From positions 1-64,000 of IMG/VR virus record IMGVR_UViG_3300025718_000001: a stretch of 64,000 nucleotides of DNA; one strand, 5' to 3'. Positions 26,314 to 35,456 of the stretch are shown here, in pieces. This DNA is from a virus. Each line of letters begins with the position of its first letter. The first letter of the stretch is position 1. The notes beneath the pieces were generated by a model. That model did not search any database and had not been told where the DNA came from. It was given only the letters and a program-made list of their open reading frames with translations. The translations under genes were made by a program, and so were the position numbers.

Positions 26314-26828
26314 ACTATCCCCGCCCTTTCTTTCCCCTTAAACAAATTAGGCCCCTTAGACCACCACGACTTTGAATACCCTGCCGCCCCAACTTCCTGC
26401 GGAGTCATTACCTTCGTCTCAGATGCTCTCTCCAAGCTCCACCCTTGCCTCATGCGCCAGGTGAATGTTTTGTACGGTATACCGTTCTCCTTCGCTCTAT
26501 CGACATATTGCTTAGGGTATTTGCGGTTCTTTTCATGTTGCTTCCTCACGAGATCCGCTTTATTGGTCAATGGCTGAGTTGTAGCTCTTTCTGCATCCCA
26601 TCCGTCATACATTCTTTTTTGAATGACATGGTAAGGTATTCCGTTTTGCTCGGCTATCTTTACTAATTCTTTCAGATTAGTTCGCTTTTGAGGGGGTTCT
26701 GTTATCGCTCTTTCTTTGTGCCAACCGTGGCGGCGAATACGATTTTCCAAGGTATCTGCGCAGATGCCGTTGGATAGGGCGGTTTGATAATCTTCGGGGG
26801 ATACGTAAAATTCAAAACCCAATCCCAT
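26310..26828 (-). CDS. DNA-binding protein with three HTH-like repeats
   Basis: Three repeats of NGI.....R(I/M)..GW..ERA: GWHKERAITEP, GWDAERATTQP and GWSLERASET. Confidence 0.5.
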   Translation of the reverse strand: MGLGFEFYVSPEDYQTALSNGICADTLENRIRRHGWHKERAITEPPQKRTNLKELVKIAEQNGIPYHVIQKRMYDGWDAERATTQPLTNKADLVRKQHEKNRKYPKQYVDRAKENGIPYKTFTWRMRQGWSLERASETKVMTPQEVGAAGYSKSWWSKGPNLFKGKERAGIV

Positions 26829-26844
26829 CCCTCCTTTGATTGAT

Positions 26845-26875
26845 GGGGCAACCGAAATTGCCCCTTTATTTTTTT
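26845..26875 (+). terminator. plus-sense intrinsic terminator inside a minus-strand operon
   Basis: GGGGCAA-ccgaaa-TTGCCCC followed by TTTATTTTTTT. On the minus strand it is a hairpin 8 nt before AAGGAGGG. Confidence 0.45.
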
Positions 26876-26932
26876 AGCGGATTGTGGCTTTCATTGATGG
26901 GCTTCGGATGTGGTGGATTTTATTCACCTCTT

Positions 26933-27677
26933 TCAAAACGGATAAAGTTCTAACGGAACATTCAGCCCAGCTTCGGCAATGGCAACTTCTTTGCCTGTTA
27001 ACTCTGTAATCTCTCGAATCATTCTCTCTGCGTCACTGTTGTTGTACGAAAGGTGCAGAAGAACTATTTTCTTCACCTTCGATAAATCATTAGCTGATAA
27101 GAACTCCTTAACGTGTTCTAGAGAAAAATGACTTTCGAGTAATCGGTTTTTCATTTCGCGCGGGATAAAGCCAGTTTCGATGTTAGCGTCTAGGGTATCC
27201 TTGCAGTAATTGCATTCGATTAGCAGAAAATCAAGTCCAGAGAAGCGATTACGAATAAAGTAGGTGTCAGTCGCAAAAAGGATTTTAGATTTAGTTGGCT
27301 TGTGGTAGATTAGATATCCAAGTGGTTCAATTGAGTCATGTTCTGTCTTAAAAGGTAAAACAGTAAAGTCTCCTACTGTGAACTGAACACCTGTATCAAC
27401 CATTTGCGTTCTATGGCTCTGTGATATACCTAGTTGCTTGGCTGTCCCCATACTGGTATAAACATCTACCCCTGCCTTAATAATGGCCTCTACGCTTTTA
27501 CAATGGTCAAAGATGTTCGTGTGAAATTAAGCATCCCTGAATTCTTGATAGGCTAAAATCAAGGGACTGTTGTATTTTTTTAAACTTAATTCCACACTCA
27601 ATCATCAAGTCGCCGGTATCTGTCTGTAGAAGGTAGCAATTTCCGCTAGAATTACTACCTAACACTCTTAAGTTCAT
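26933..27677 (-). pseudogene. MBL-fold metallo-hydrolase with a 1-nt frameshift inside the HxHxDH motif
   Basis: The N-terminal frame (27677-27507) ends ...SHEHL-TGA. Dropping one T of CTTTGAC gives SHEHLDHCKS and joins the 172-aa ORF. Confidence 0.7.
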
Positions 27678-27678
27678 C

Positions 27679-28584
27679 CTAGAATCCAGGTCCCTTCTCA
27701 GCGTTCACCTTTTCCTCGTTCTTTCGATCCATCTCCACAATCTCAGCATCGGTAATCCCTTCTTCAACTTCTCCCTCAATCTGGATATCGATCAATTCAC
27801 CGTTGGAATTCCCTTCAATCTCTTCCTTAACCCTCGCTTCGATAGCTTCATCGTCAGTCTCCTTAGCGAACTTGCTGACAATGCTCTTATCATTCGAGGT
27901 ATTAATAATCATCTTGCAAGCTTTATTGATTACTGTCTTAACGCACATATCAGCTGTGAATTTTCCATGGACGCTGCTAGGCTTGATTTCGCCATTTTCA
28001 TTTACAGGATTCATTTTGCTTTGCTTCCAGGCTTGCTTAATTTGATCAATTGTCAAGATAGTAGATTCCTCTTTGCCCGAAAAATACAAAACTGTGGCAT
28101 AGGCGGCAATGATTTTACTTTTGTTCACATTCTCAATCTTTTGATTGTGCTTGGTTATGACATCTCTCCCGCGAACTTTTGAGTATTCAAATTCGTCACC
28201 CTCATAAACTGGTTCACCAAAGATAGTTTCAATGTTCGGGTCAACCATCTTAGCAACCGCTACACTCCCAAAATAACTCCTCTGTAGCGTGAGTTTTGTG
28301 CCGTAAGCGATAAAGTAACATTGCTTTTTGTCTGGGTTTAATCCTTGTACAACCATGCCTAAGAGGGCATTAGCAATGCTTTCCTTTGTGCAAAAATCAA
28401 GGACATATTTATGGTCCATGTTCTGCGTTTCCTGCAAGATGAGCCACGCAGCCTTCAATGCGTTCTGTGGAATGTAATTAGCAGGGAAGGTTAATTCACC
28501 ATTGTTTTCAAATTCCCTGACCCGCGTTGCTACAAAATCCACTGTTTCCTTTTTTACTACTAGGGCGTTGTTTACGTTTACCAT
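27679..28584 (-). CDS. recT: RecT-family single-strand annealing recombinase
   Basis: 301 aa, typical size with an acidic tail. Sits in the usual ATPase/RecT/nuclease context. Confidence 0.7.
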   Translation of the reverse strand: MVNVNNALVVKKETVDFVATRVREFENNGELTFPANYIPQNALKAAWLILQETQNMDHKYVLDFCTKESIANALLGMVVQGLNPDKKQCYFIAYGTKLTLQRSYFGSVAVAKMVDPNIETIFGEPVYEGDEFEYSKVRGRDVITKHNQKIENVNKSKIIAAYATVLYFSGKEESTILTIDQIKQAWKQSKMNPVNENGEIKPSSVHGKFTADMCVKTVINKACKMIINTSNDKSIVSKFAKETDDEAIEARVKEEIEGNSNGELIDIQIEGEVEEGITDAEIVEMDRKNEEKVNAEKGPGF

Positions 28585-30590
28585 TATGCCTGTACCTCCA
28601 CTCTCAAAATAGGATCTTCCACACTTGCGATAAGCCTAATTAACTGTGATTTAACCTCAATAGGACTCGTTACGGCCTCTGAATTGTCCACAAAGATGAC
28701 TGCACTCACTCCGTAAAACTCTGACAACATTTCAATAATTGAAAGCCCAGCAATAATTCTTCCGCCTGTATTTGCACCATCCCATTCAACCCAAACGCCA
28801 TTCGTATTAACTAACGTCCGACAAACTTCTTTCTCGCTACCATCATTCAAGGTATCGAACAACTTAAACTTCACAGTCTCAAACCTGTTATTAATAGCGT
28901 CTTCTAGCATCTTCACCTTTGTACTGGTGAACTTTTTAATCAGATAATCGTGCCGTTCGTACTCGCTTAATTCGCCAGCTAATTTGCGCTCTTCTGCTTT
29001 TAGTTCGTTGATACGGATATGCGCCTTTTCGACTACTTCTTTTTGGTTGAGTGTTTTGTTTAGGGATTCGATTGTGTCTGTAATTTCTTGCTTTCTGGCT
29101 AGGATTTCGGTTGTTGTGTCGATGATTGGCTTTTCTAGCTCAGCGTTTATCCTGTCAAGAGTTGCCTTCAACACGGAATAGGTATCATCTGCGTCATAAT
29201 TTACGGTTGCCGGTTGTTGTTGTGCTGTGATTTCGGTTTCGAGTTCGGAAAGGCGGGTATTAATCCTTTGGAGGGATTCTTCCAGTGTGGCAAGACTCGA
29301 AACATCCATTTCCCTTTCTTTATTAAGCGCCTCGGCCCTATCTGCCTTATCCTTGCCTTTTTCACGAATAGATGCTAATAATTGAGCTTTATTCTTATTA
29401 AAGTTTTCCTTCAACTTGTCAATCTTCTCTTGCGTCTTACCTTCTGGTAATGGTTGTTCGCAAGTCGGGCAATTAATTCCACTAGGTGCTACGAATTGTT
29501 TTGCATTTTCCTCACTCCATGTTGCGCGTAGCTCGATGATTCCTTTAGTTATAGAATCCAGCTCTATGGTTCTCAGGAGAGAGTTGGAACCCAATCTTGC
29601 AACTTCCTTGGAAAAACTGTACTCTTCATCTTTGAGCCTCGCCTTTTCATCAACCAACTTCTTGACATCTGCACCAGCAGCTACTTCAAGCTCCAACTTC
29701 CGTCCATTAACTTGATTCTGCAAACCATACGCCTGTTGCTGTTTCTGGCGGTATAAACTAGCACCTTGTGCATTTGTAGCAAGTTCTAATTCAATTGCCC
29801 GTAATGTGGCTTTATGGGCTTGTATGACTGTTTCTATTGCTGCGTAGTCAATCGCATCTTCGCTGGTATTCCGTTGCTGTTCGCTAATCCGTGCAGGAAT
29901 CCCATCAAGATCCTTTTTAGTGTTTTTGATCTTTTCGGCAATGACTAGTTTGTGATTGCCGATTGTCCTGCCCGAGTTGATGATTGTTAAGAGGTCGAGC
30001 ATACTTTTGTCGCCCACAGTGACTAGAGAATCAATCACATCTGTATCCGACACATCACCCGAAATCTCAAAGAGAATCTTTCGCCGTTCTTTCCAATCCC
30101 ATCCCTTCTCATTTGTATTGAAGAATAAGGGATTCGTGAGCAGTTTAAATACGTTTTCCTTGATGATTGAACCAATTTCGATAGCGTAGTCTTTCGCTTT
30201 TGTCGGGACATCGTTGACCCAATAGGAAGTAACATTGCCTGTAAAATCTACGTTCTTTGTCGTTTGATTTTTTGTCCATTTTTCTGAAAGTTGACGTTTT
30301 AGTTTTAGTTGCTTGCCGTTGATTGTGAGTATTCCCTCTACAATTGATTCGAGATGGTGGAGTTCATTGCCGTCCTCATCCTGCGGTTTTACCTGATAAT
30401 CAGATCGATTGGCCGAATCTTTGCCGAATAGCAACCATAAAAAGCTATCGTATAAGGTAGATTTTCCAGTTGCGTTTTTTCCATAAATGTCAGCATTTTT
30501 ACCGTCAAGAGTTAACGTAAATCCTTCACCCTCTACCCCTTTGAAGTTTTTCAACATTAGTGACTGTAGGCGAATGTCAGTTTTTGTCAT
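28584..30590 (-). CDS. SMC/Rad50/SbcC-like AAA ATPase
   Basis: Walker A GKNATGKST, a long central coiled coil with CPTC, and C-terminal AGLSII...VIFVDNSE. Confidence 0.7.
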   Translation of the reverse strand: MTKTDIRLQSLMLKNFKGVEGEGFTLTLDGKNADIYGKNATGKSTLYDSFLWLLFGKDSANRSDYQVKPQDEDGNELHHLESIVEGILTINGKQLKLKRQLSEKWTKNQTTKNVDFTGNVTSYWVNDVPTKAKDYAIEIGSIIKENVFKLLTNPLFFNTNEKGWDWKERRKILFEISGDVSDTDVIDSLVTVGDKSMLDLLTIINSGRTIGNHKLVIAEKIKNTKKDLDGIPARISEQQRNTSEDAIDYAAIETVIQAHKATLRAIELELATNAQGASLYRQKQQQAYGLQNQVNGRKLELEVAAGADVKKLVDEKARLKDEEYSFSKEVARLGSNSLLRTIELDSITKGIIELRATWSEENAKQFVAPSGINCPTCEQPLPEGKTQEKIDKLKENFNKNKAQLLASIREKGKDKADRAEALNKEREMDVSSLATLEESLQRINTRLSELETEITAQQQPATVNYDADDTYSVLKATLDRINAELEKPIIDTTTEILARKQEITDTIESLNKTLNQKEVVEKAHIRINELKAEERKLAGELSEYERHDYLIKKFTSTKVKMLEDAINNRFETVKFKLFDTLNDGSEKEVCRTLVNTNGVWVEWDGANTGGRIIAGLSIIEMLSEFYGVSAVIFVDNSEAVTSPIEVKSQLIRLIASVEDPILRVEVQA

Positions 30591-30604
30591 TCGTTTTCCT
30601 CCTT

Positions 30605-30868
30605 CTATTTAGTTCTGTTGAGATTTAAGCTCACGCTGGTTTCTCCTATGCTTGATGAAATTTCAAACTTATTTCCATGCCCGAACAAGCTGAAAAATTC
30701 TGAACACCTACCAGGCGATCCGCATATATCATGACCCTGAGAAATCAATTCGTCCATAAGCTTATTGGCTAAAAACTCAATCCTTTCATTATCTGGAAGT
30801 TTAGTAATCTTAATAGTGATTCTTTTGGTAAACAGGTTGAACGCCCATTCGCGGATTGCTTTTTTCAT
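30605..30868 (-). CDS. hypothetical protein (87 aa)
   Basis: ORF in an operon. Confidence 0.55.
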   Translation of the reverse strand: MKKAIREWAFNLFTKRITIKITKLPDNERIEFLANKLMDELISQGHDICGSPGRCSEFFSLFGHGNKFEISSSIGETSVSLNLNRTK

Positions 30869-31092
30869 TGTTTCCCCTCCTTTGCTAGAAACCTATAACC
30901 GCAATCTACGCCCGCCTCGCAACCGCCTTTGCAAAATTCATTGTGTTGGCATATTGGACAATCGTTGGTTTCCTCTCCATCTTCCTCATCCTCGACTTCG
31001 CCACGTTCAAGGGGGCGGTCTTCAATTCGTGGGTCCCATTCCCTTTCGTGCATCTCTTCATAATGCTCTCGCCCCATAATCTTCCTACCCAC
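30865..31092 (-). CDS. hypothetical acidic Cys-containing protein (75 aa)
   Basis: ORF with 4-nt overlaps to its neighbours. Confidence 0.55.
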   Translation of the reverse strand: MGRKIMGREHYEEMHEREWDPRIEDRPLERGEVEDEEDGEETNDCPICQHNEFCKGGCEAGVDCGYRFLAKEGKQ

Positions 31093-31414
31093 GCCCCCGC
31101 CTCGCCATCAACTCAATAACCTTCACTATAAGCGCAGTATCAGAACTCATTTCCACAATAGCCCCCTTCTCAGGATCAAACCAAATATCCAGCTCGCCAA
31201 TCTCATACTTGCACCGCATTTCGGTCTGCCATTCTTCCTTGATCGTTTCAGCCTCCGCAACAAGCCTTTTTGCTAATGCGTCTGCATCATCAAGGACTTT
31301 GAGTGCTTCGTCTAGCTTTGCCATTCCCCTTTTGAATCGTTCTGCCTCATCATCTGTGACAAGTGCCAATACTTTTTGTTCAGACATTGGGATCATCTTT
31401 TCTTTATCCGTCAT
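31085..31414 (-). CDS. hypothetical coiled-coil protein (109 aa)
   Basis: ORF in an operon. Confidence 0.55.
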   Translation of the reverse strand: MTDKEKMIPMSEQKVLALVTDDEAERFKRGMAKLDEALKVLDDADALAKRLVAEAETIKEEWQTEMRCKYEIGELDIWFDPEKGAIVEMSSDTALIVKVIELMARRGRG

Positions 31415-32222
31415 AACATCCGCATGCTTGGTCTACTACATCAATAAACATCGAAGGTTGATATTTACCATCCCCTAAAGCAACTTCTCCAGGCAAAGCC
31501 TTCGATTGTTCAATCTCCCTGCATCTCGTGTACCTAACAAACTTCATCCAAGAGAAACTTCTCCCAAGTCCCGAAATTGTTGTAAGATGAGCATGTATTT
31601 CCATCTTTAATGCCCTTTTTAACAAGTCGGGATGGTTTGCTCTTAATTCTAAAATCTCTGCCTTTTTCATGCTTGGGCAAAAGAAGCAGGATGATTTACC
31701 TGGTTGAGGAAGGTTTTCATTGGCAATTATTTGCTCACATTCATTCCTTCCAATATCCCATTCAATTAACGGATACCAGTATTCATATTTTTTGTCGTCG
31801 TATGCTTTAGCTCTCCTTTCTTCGTTTGCATCGTATCCAATAGCTTTAGTTACTTTTTCGCCCTTTTTCCATGTTTCTAAGGCTAATGGGAAATGGTTGC
31901 AATATTTATCCTGTGGCGCAGCCTTGAATTTTTGGGAACAAGTTTTAAATCCATAAGCTAGTGATGGTAACATTCTTTTTTCGAGACAATTTCTTTCAAG
32001 CGTCATTGTTTCCCCATTTAAATCAACCTTACTTACGGTAGTTATTGGAGGCATGCCATGAGAAACTAGCCAAAGGGAAAACATAATGATGTACCAATAT
32101 GTCTCAGGTCGTTCCCCCCCCGTATCAGCAAACAGGATGAGGTCGGGAATAATCCTGCGTTTCCACATTTCAATAAGCATTGCTGTCGAGTTTGTTCCTG
32201 CTCCATATGCAACGACTAGCAT
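31404..32222 (-). CDS. PAPS-reductase/PP-loop (adenine nucleotide alpha-hydrolase) family protein
   Basis: N-terminus VVAYGAGTNSTAMLIEMWKRRIIPDLILFADTGGERPETY resembles a PP-loop plus PAPS-reductase core. Confidence 0.5.
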   Translation of the reverse strand: MLVVAYGAGTNSTAMLIEMWKRRIIPDLILFADTGGERPETYWYIIMFSLWLVSHGMPPITTVSKVDLNGETMTLERNCLEKRMLPSLAYGFKTCSQKFKAAPQDKYCNHFPLALETWKKGEKVTKAIGYDANEERRAKAYDDKKYEYWYPLIEWDIGRNECEQIIANENLPQPGKSSCFFCPSMKKAEILELRANHPDLLKRALKMEIHAHLTTISGLGRSFSWMKFVRYTRCREIEQSKALPGEVALGDGKYQPSMFIDVVDQACGCYDG

Positions 32223-32560
32223 TCTTCACTCGCCAACTTAAGCTTTATAACTTCATTAACCGTTGCGATAAACTCCGAATTCGAGAATGGTCTTGCCCTA
32301 CCCATAATTCTCAGCCATGTTTCGTCATCTACTCTGCTTGCCCTAATCGCAGTACGAATCCCTCTCTCGACGCTGGGACCCATGCAATCTTTGTGCATTT
32401 TCGCTACTCCGGGGTATAATTCTTTCATCATTGCGTGGATTGATTCGGGATTTGTTTGCAAGAATAAAAGTGCGCTTTTTAAAAACTCATAACCTTTGAT
32501 ATGGGCAGGGATTTGGAGTTCGCGTAAGATGTTGTAGGTTTCAATTTTGAATTTGTTCAT
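32216..32560 (-). CDS. Spo0A C-terminal (effector/DNA-binding) domain protein without a receiver domain
   Basis: LQIPAHIKGYEFLKSAL, LYPGVAKM, SVERGIRTAIR and PFSNSEFIATVNEVIKLKL parallel Spo0A VPAHIKGYLYLREAI...SRVERAIRHAIE...PTNSEFIAMVADKLRL. Confidence 0.8.
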   Translation of the reverse strand: MNKFKIETYNILRELQIPAHIKGYEFLKSALLFLQTNPESIHAMMKELYPGVAKMHKDCMGPSVERGIRTAIRASRVDDETWLRIMGRARPFSNSEFIATVNEVIKLKLASEEC

Positions 32561-32577
32561 TCGTGTTCTCCTTTCTA

Positions 32578-33207
32578 TTATTGATTGGCTTTGAAGAAGG
32601 CGTTTGCGAATCCCGCTGGCGTAATACTGCGCCTGACTTGACGCTTATCTAATCCACAGGCAGGGTTATAAACGAAACCATCCGGTAATTCAGGCAAGTC
32701 TTCAAGTAAACGAGCATCAAATTTGATCGGGTCGTAGGATACTTGGTTCATTGCCGGCGTTTGGAAGTTGCCCCAAATATGAGTTATCTTTTTATATGGA
32801 TCACCAAACTGATGCGGGCTAAATTCCAACGGAGGTTTTCCGAGGAAGTATTTCAGAAATCCCCGGGGATTCTCTAGCGCCCAAAACTTCAAGGTTGTGA
32901 CTTTTGAGTTTGGACTGATTAGTGCATATTGTTGTTGCCAAATTATCCCTAAGCATCTCTTGACCAGCTTCATAGACCCCTCTAAATCTCTTGGATTCCT
33001 TGCGTTTGTACGAGCGAGACTAAAATGTGTGCAGGTTGGTGCTGCGAGAATGCCATATACCCCCCCTGGAGGCTCGTAGGTGAATAGATCGTGTTCTGGC
33101 AAGGTGACAAGTCTAACGTCATATCCTGCGTCCTTATATGGCTTGGACCAGGACCCTGTCCCACCGCATAAATCCAAGATGATCTTGTCGGAATTGTCCA
33201 TTACCAT
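32578..33207 (-). CDS. short C5-cytosine-methyltransferase-like protein with no obvious target-recognition domain
   Basis: Motif I ILDLCGGTGSWS, motif IV AAPTCTHFS, motif VI ALENPRG, and QFGDPYKK. Only 209 aa. Confidence 0.55.
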   Translation of the reverse strand: MVMDNSDKIILDLCGGTGSWSKPYKDAGYDVRLVTLPEHDLFTYEPPGGVYGILAAPTCTHFSLARTNARNPRDLEGSMKLVKRCLGIIWQQQYALISPNSKVTTLKFWALENPRGFLKYFLGKPPLEFSPHQFGDPYKKITHIWGNFQTPAMNQVSYDPIKFDARLLEDLPELPDGFVYNPACGLDKRQVRRSITPAGFANAFFKANQ

Positions 33208-33606
33208 CTACCCTTCATTTCTCATGATATCTTCCAAACTCCACACGCTTGTGCTAGACTGATCTTGTGATATTTCCTCTAGGTCCCTCTGCAAAGGGGC
33301 CTTTTTCATAACTAACTTTATGAGCGTTTCTTCCTCATAATTGATATAAAACAGCTCACATTCCACCCCATCCATAGGGTCTGTGTAGTTTAGCGACTTG
33401 CCAGCGTGTTCGAGATTCGGGAATAATTCGTCAAGCTCATCGCTGATCGCTTGTTCGACTCTATTCCAATCAACATCAGGCATGGAATGTATTACGATTG
33501 CCGAGGTTGAGTCGTTCAGGAGTTCGATGGTCACTCTTTGGATTATGCTTGGGTATTTAGCGAGTTCTTTGATGGCTTGGAATTGGTCTGACGTTATTTC
33601 TTTCAT
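33208..33606 (-). CDS. hypothetical protein (132 aa)
   Basis: ATG at 33606 overlaps the upstream TGA (ATGA). Confidence 0.55.
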   Translation of the reverse strand: MKEITSDQFQAIKELAKYPSIIQRVTIELLNDSTSAIVIHSMPDVDWNRVEQAISDELDELFPNLEHAGKSLNYTDPMDGVECELFYINYEEETLIKLVMKKAPLQRDLEEISQDQSSTSVWSLEDIMRNEG

Positions 33607-33836
33607 TCTCCTACTCCCCAATTACAGCAATCGAATCTATCAAACCCACTCGGCTTCTCCGTCTCCGCATCCCTCACGGCTTGTCCCTTCATTATCAATT
33701 GCCAATCATGCCGATACTGCTCCTCACGCTGATCCTCATGCTCTTTCCTCCACGCCTCAACTTCTCTGCGGAACCAATTGACTTTGAGTAGTTGCTTGCC
33801 AATTGCCTTTGCCCACTTTTTCATAAGGTTTTTCAT
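33603..33836 (-). CDS. hypothetical protein (77 aa)
   Basis: ORF in an operon. Confidence 0.55.
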   Translation of the reverse strand: MKNLMKKWAKAIGKQLLKVNWFRREVEAWRKEHEDQREEQYRHDWQLIMKGQAVRDAETEKPSGFDRFDCCNWGVGE

Positions 33837-33840
33837 CGTT

Positions 33841-34725
33841 TTAACCCTTCCTCCTTCGGTATTCTGGCCACGGTGTTGTTTTGAATGTGGCTTTATGGAT
33901 TACCCATCTCGCAAAGTCAGCCTGATATGGATCTGTTTTATCAAAAGGCATTACGAACGGGTCTACACCCAAACTCTTTAGCATTTCGACCCTGTATAAA
34001 TCCTCATCCTCAGTTGTGTCGTATCCGATCAGAACGTAGAACATCAATTTGTAAGGCAACATATACTTTGTTAGAATTCGTATACCATCCAATACAACTT
34101 GCTCTAGATCCATTGAATCCCAAGCGAATCTTAACTTTCCGCTTTTCCATAACCTAACCTTAGAGAGACGCTTCGCCTTATCGTCATCTATCAAGCGAAT
34201 ATCTAATCCTTGATTAAAATCTGTCTTAATCTTATGTTTGATAACTTGATTGACAATCAGATTAAAATGTTCCGTATCTCCCGTTAAATTGTTATCCATC
34301 AGAGTTATATGCTCTTGGCCTTGCCAAAATTGGTGTATGTCTGCTACAGGGTGCAAACGGCCCTCCTTAATGGGCACGATACAGAAAGAGCAAGAACGGT
34401 TGCATCCTCGTGTACAAAACCCTCTCGACACCTGAGAGTTGTATAAAGAGTAGTCGGGATACATTGTTTCCACTTCGTCAGGTAACTTGATCGTTAGGTC
34501 GAATCCACTTCCACCTTGAATTATTTCGCAATCTGGAAAGTATCCGTAGTTATCAGAAGCTTTAAATATTTTAGATGAGTAGATACGGTCTGGTTTGTTC
34601 TCCTTAATATCAAACATGGGGTCAAATATCTTGACAGAATCCCCAAGCCCTTTGTGGTAAGCCGACAGCTTCATAAGTACTAAGTTCGGTATCTTGGAAT
34701 CAACATCGACCAAACCTACCTTCAT
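33841..34725 (-). CDS. radical SAM enzyme
   Basis: CNRSCSFC (CX3CX2C) follows a Rossmann-like N-terminus (MKVGLVDVDSKIPNLVLMKLSAYHK). Confidence 0.6.
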   Translation of the reverse strand: MKVGLVDVDSKIPNLVLMKLSAYHKGLGDSVKIFDPMFDIKENKPDRIYSSKIFKASDNYGYFPDCEIIQGGSGFDLTIKLPDEVETMYPDYSLYNSQVSRGFCTRGCNRSCSFCIVPIKEGRLHPVADIHQFWQGQEHITLMDNNLTGDTEHFNLIVNQVIKHKIKTDFNQGLDIRLIDDDKAKRLSKVRLWKSGKLRFAWDSMDLEQVVLDGIRILTKYMLPYKLMFYVLIGYDTTEDEDLYRVEMLKSLGVDPFVMPFDKTDPYQADFARWVIHKATFKTTPWPEYRRRKG

Positions 34726-34958
34726 CTTTTGTCAGCCTTCCGTTGCGCTACCATCGCTTCATACCGTTCCTTCCGCTTCTCCTTCATCTTCGCAAACCCC
34801 GAAGCAACTGGAATATTCGTGATCGCCCAAAACCCTTCTGTGCCAAGGGTCCATGTTGCGCGGCAGTATTTGTTTTGGCATTTGGTTTGGACTTGGCCAT
34901 CTGGAAAGGTTATTTCTTTACCGCACTGGCAGAGTTGAGTTGGAGATTGTACGACCAT
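34722..34958 (-). CDS. zinc-ribbon protein (78 aa)
   Basis: CQC...C..KYC motif. SD GAGGAGGAAG. Confidence 0.55.
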   Translation of the reverse strand: MVVQSPTQLCQCGKEITFPDGQVQTKCQNKYCRATWTLGTEGFWAITNIPVASGFAKMKEKRKERYEAMVAQRKADKR

Positions 34959-35140
34959 TGGGCTTCCTCCTCTTGCTTTTTTCTAGGAGTAAAGTAGTTC
35001 AGATTCACCATTTGAAGACCACAGCATTTGTTACATGGGGAAGCATAGTGCGAAACCGTAACATTTGTGCAAAAACTGCAATTTGGGCAAACATCTTTAT
35101 TGATGTCAAAGTGAGTAGGAAAAAGTGCTGGTTTAAGCAT
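34910..35140 (-). CDS. Cys-rich protein (76 aa)
   Basis: CPNCSFC...CNKCC motifs. SD GGGAGGAG. Confidence 0.55.
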   Translation of the reverse strand: MLKPALFPTHFDINKDVCPNCSFCTNVTVSHYASPCNKCCGLQMVNLNYFTPRKKQEEEAQWSYNLQLNSASAVKK

Positions 35141-35156
35141 GGGTTACTCCTCCCTC

Positions 35157-35441
35157 TTAAGAATTACTTCTAATCTTGGCAATAGTGAGACGCTTTACCG
35201 TTGCATCCGCTAAACCCATAAGGTAGTCGTAATCGGTCCAATTATCATCAACCCAACGACTATCCAGAATTCCCCTTCTGCCCTTCAAGAAACTATCGCA
35301 ATGCTCATAAACTATGTGCGAATCTGTGACCGCTAATACGAGTAGCCCTTCAGATGAATATGAATAATCCTCTTTCCCATTTCCATAATTTACTGGACCT
35401 GTTCGAATAGCCTTCTTGCCTACTAATTGGTGAATTAACAT
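35157..35441 (-). CDS. hypothetical protein (94 aa)
   Basis: ORF in an operon. Confidence 0.55.
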   Translation of the reverse strand: MLIHQLVGKKAIRTGPVNYGNGKEDYSYSSEGLLVLAVTDSHIVYEHCDSFLKGRRGILDSRWVDDNWTDYDYLMGLADATVKRLTIAKIRSNS

Positions 35442-35456
35442 GGTCTATTCCTCCCT

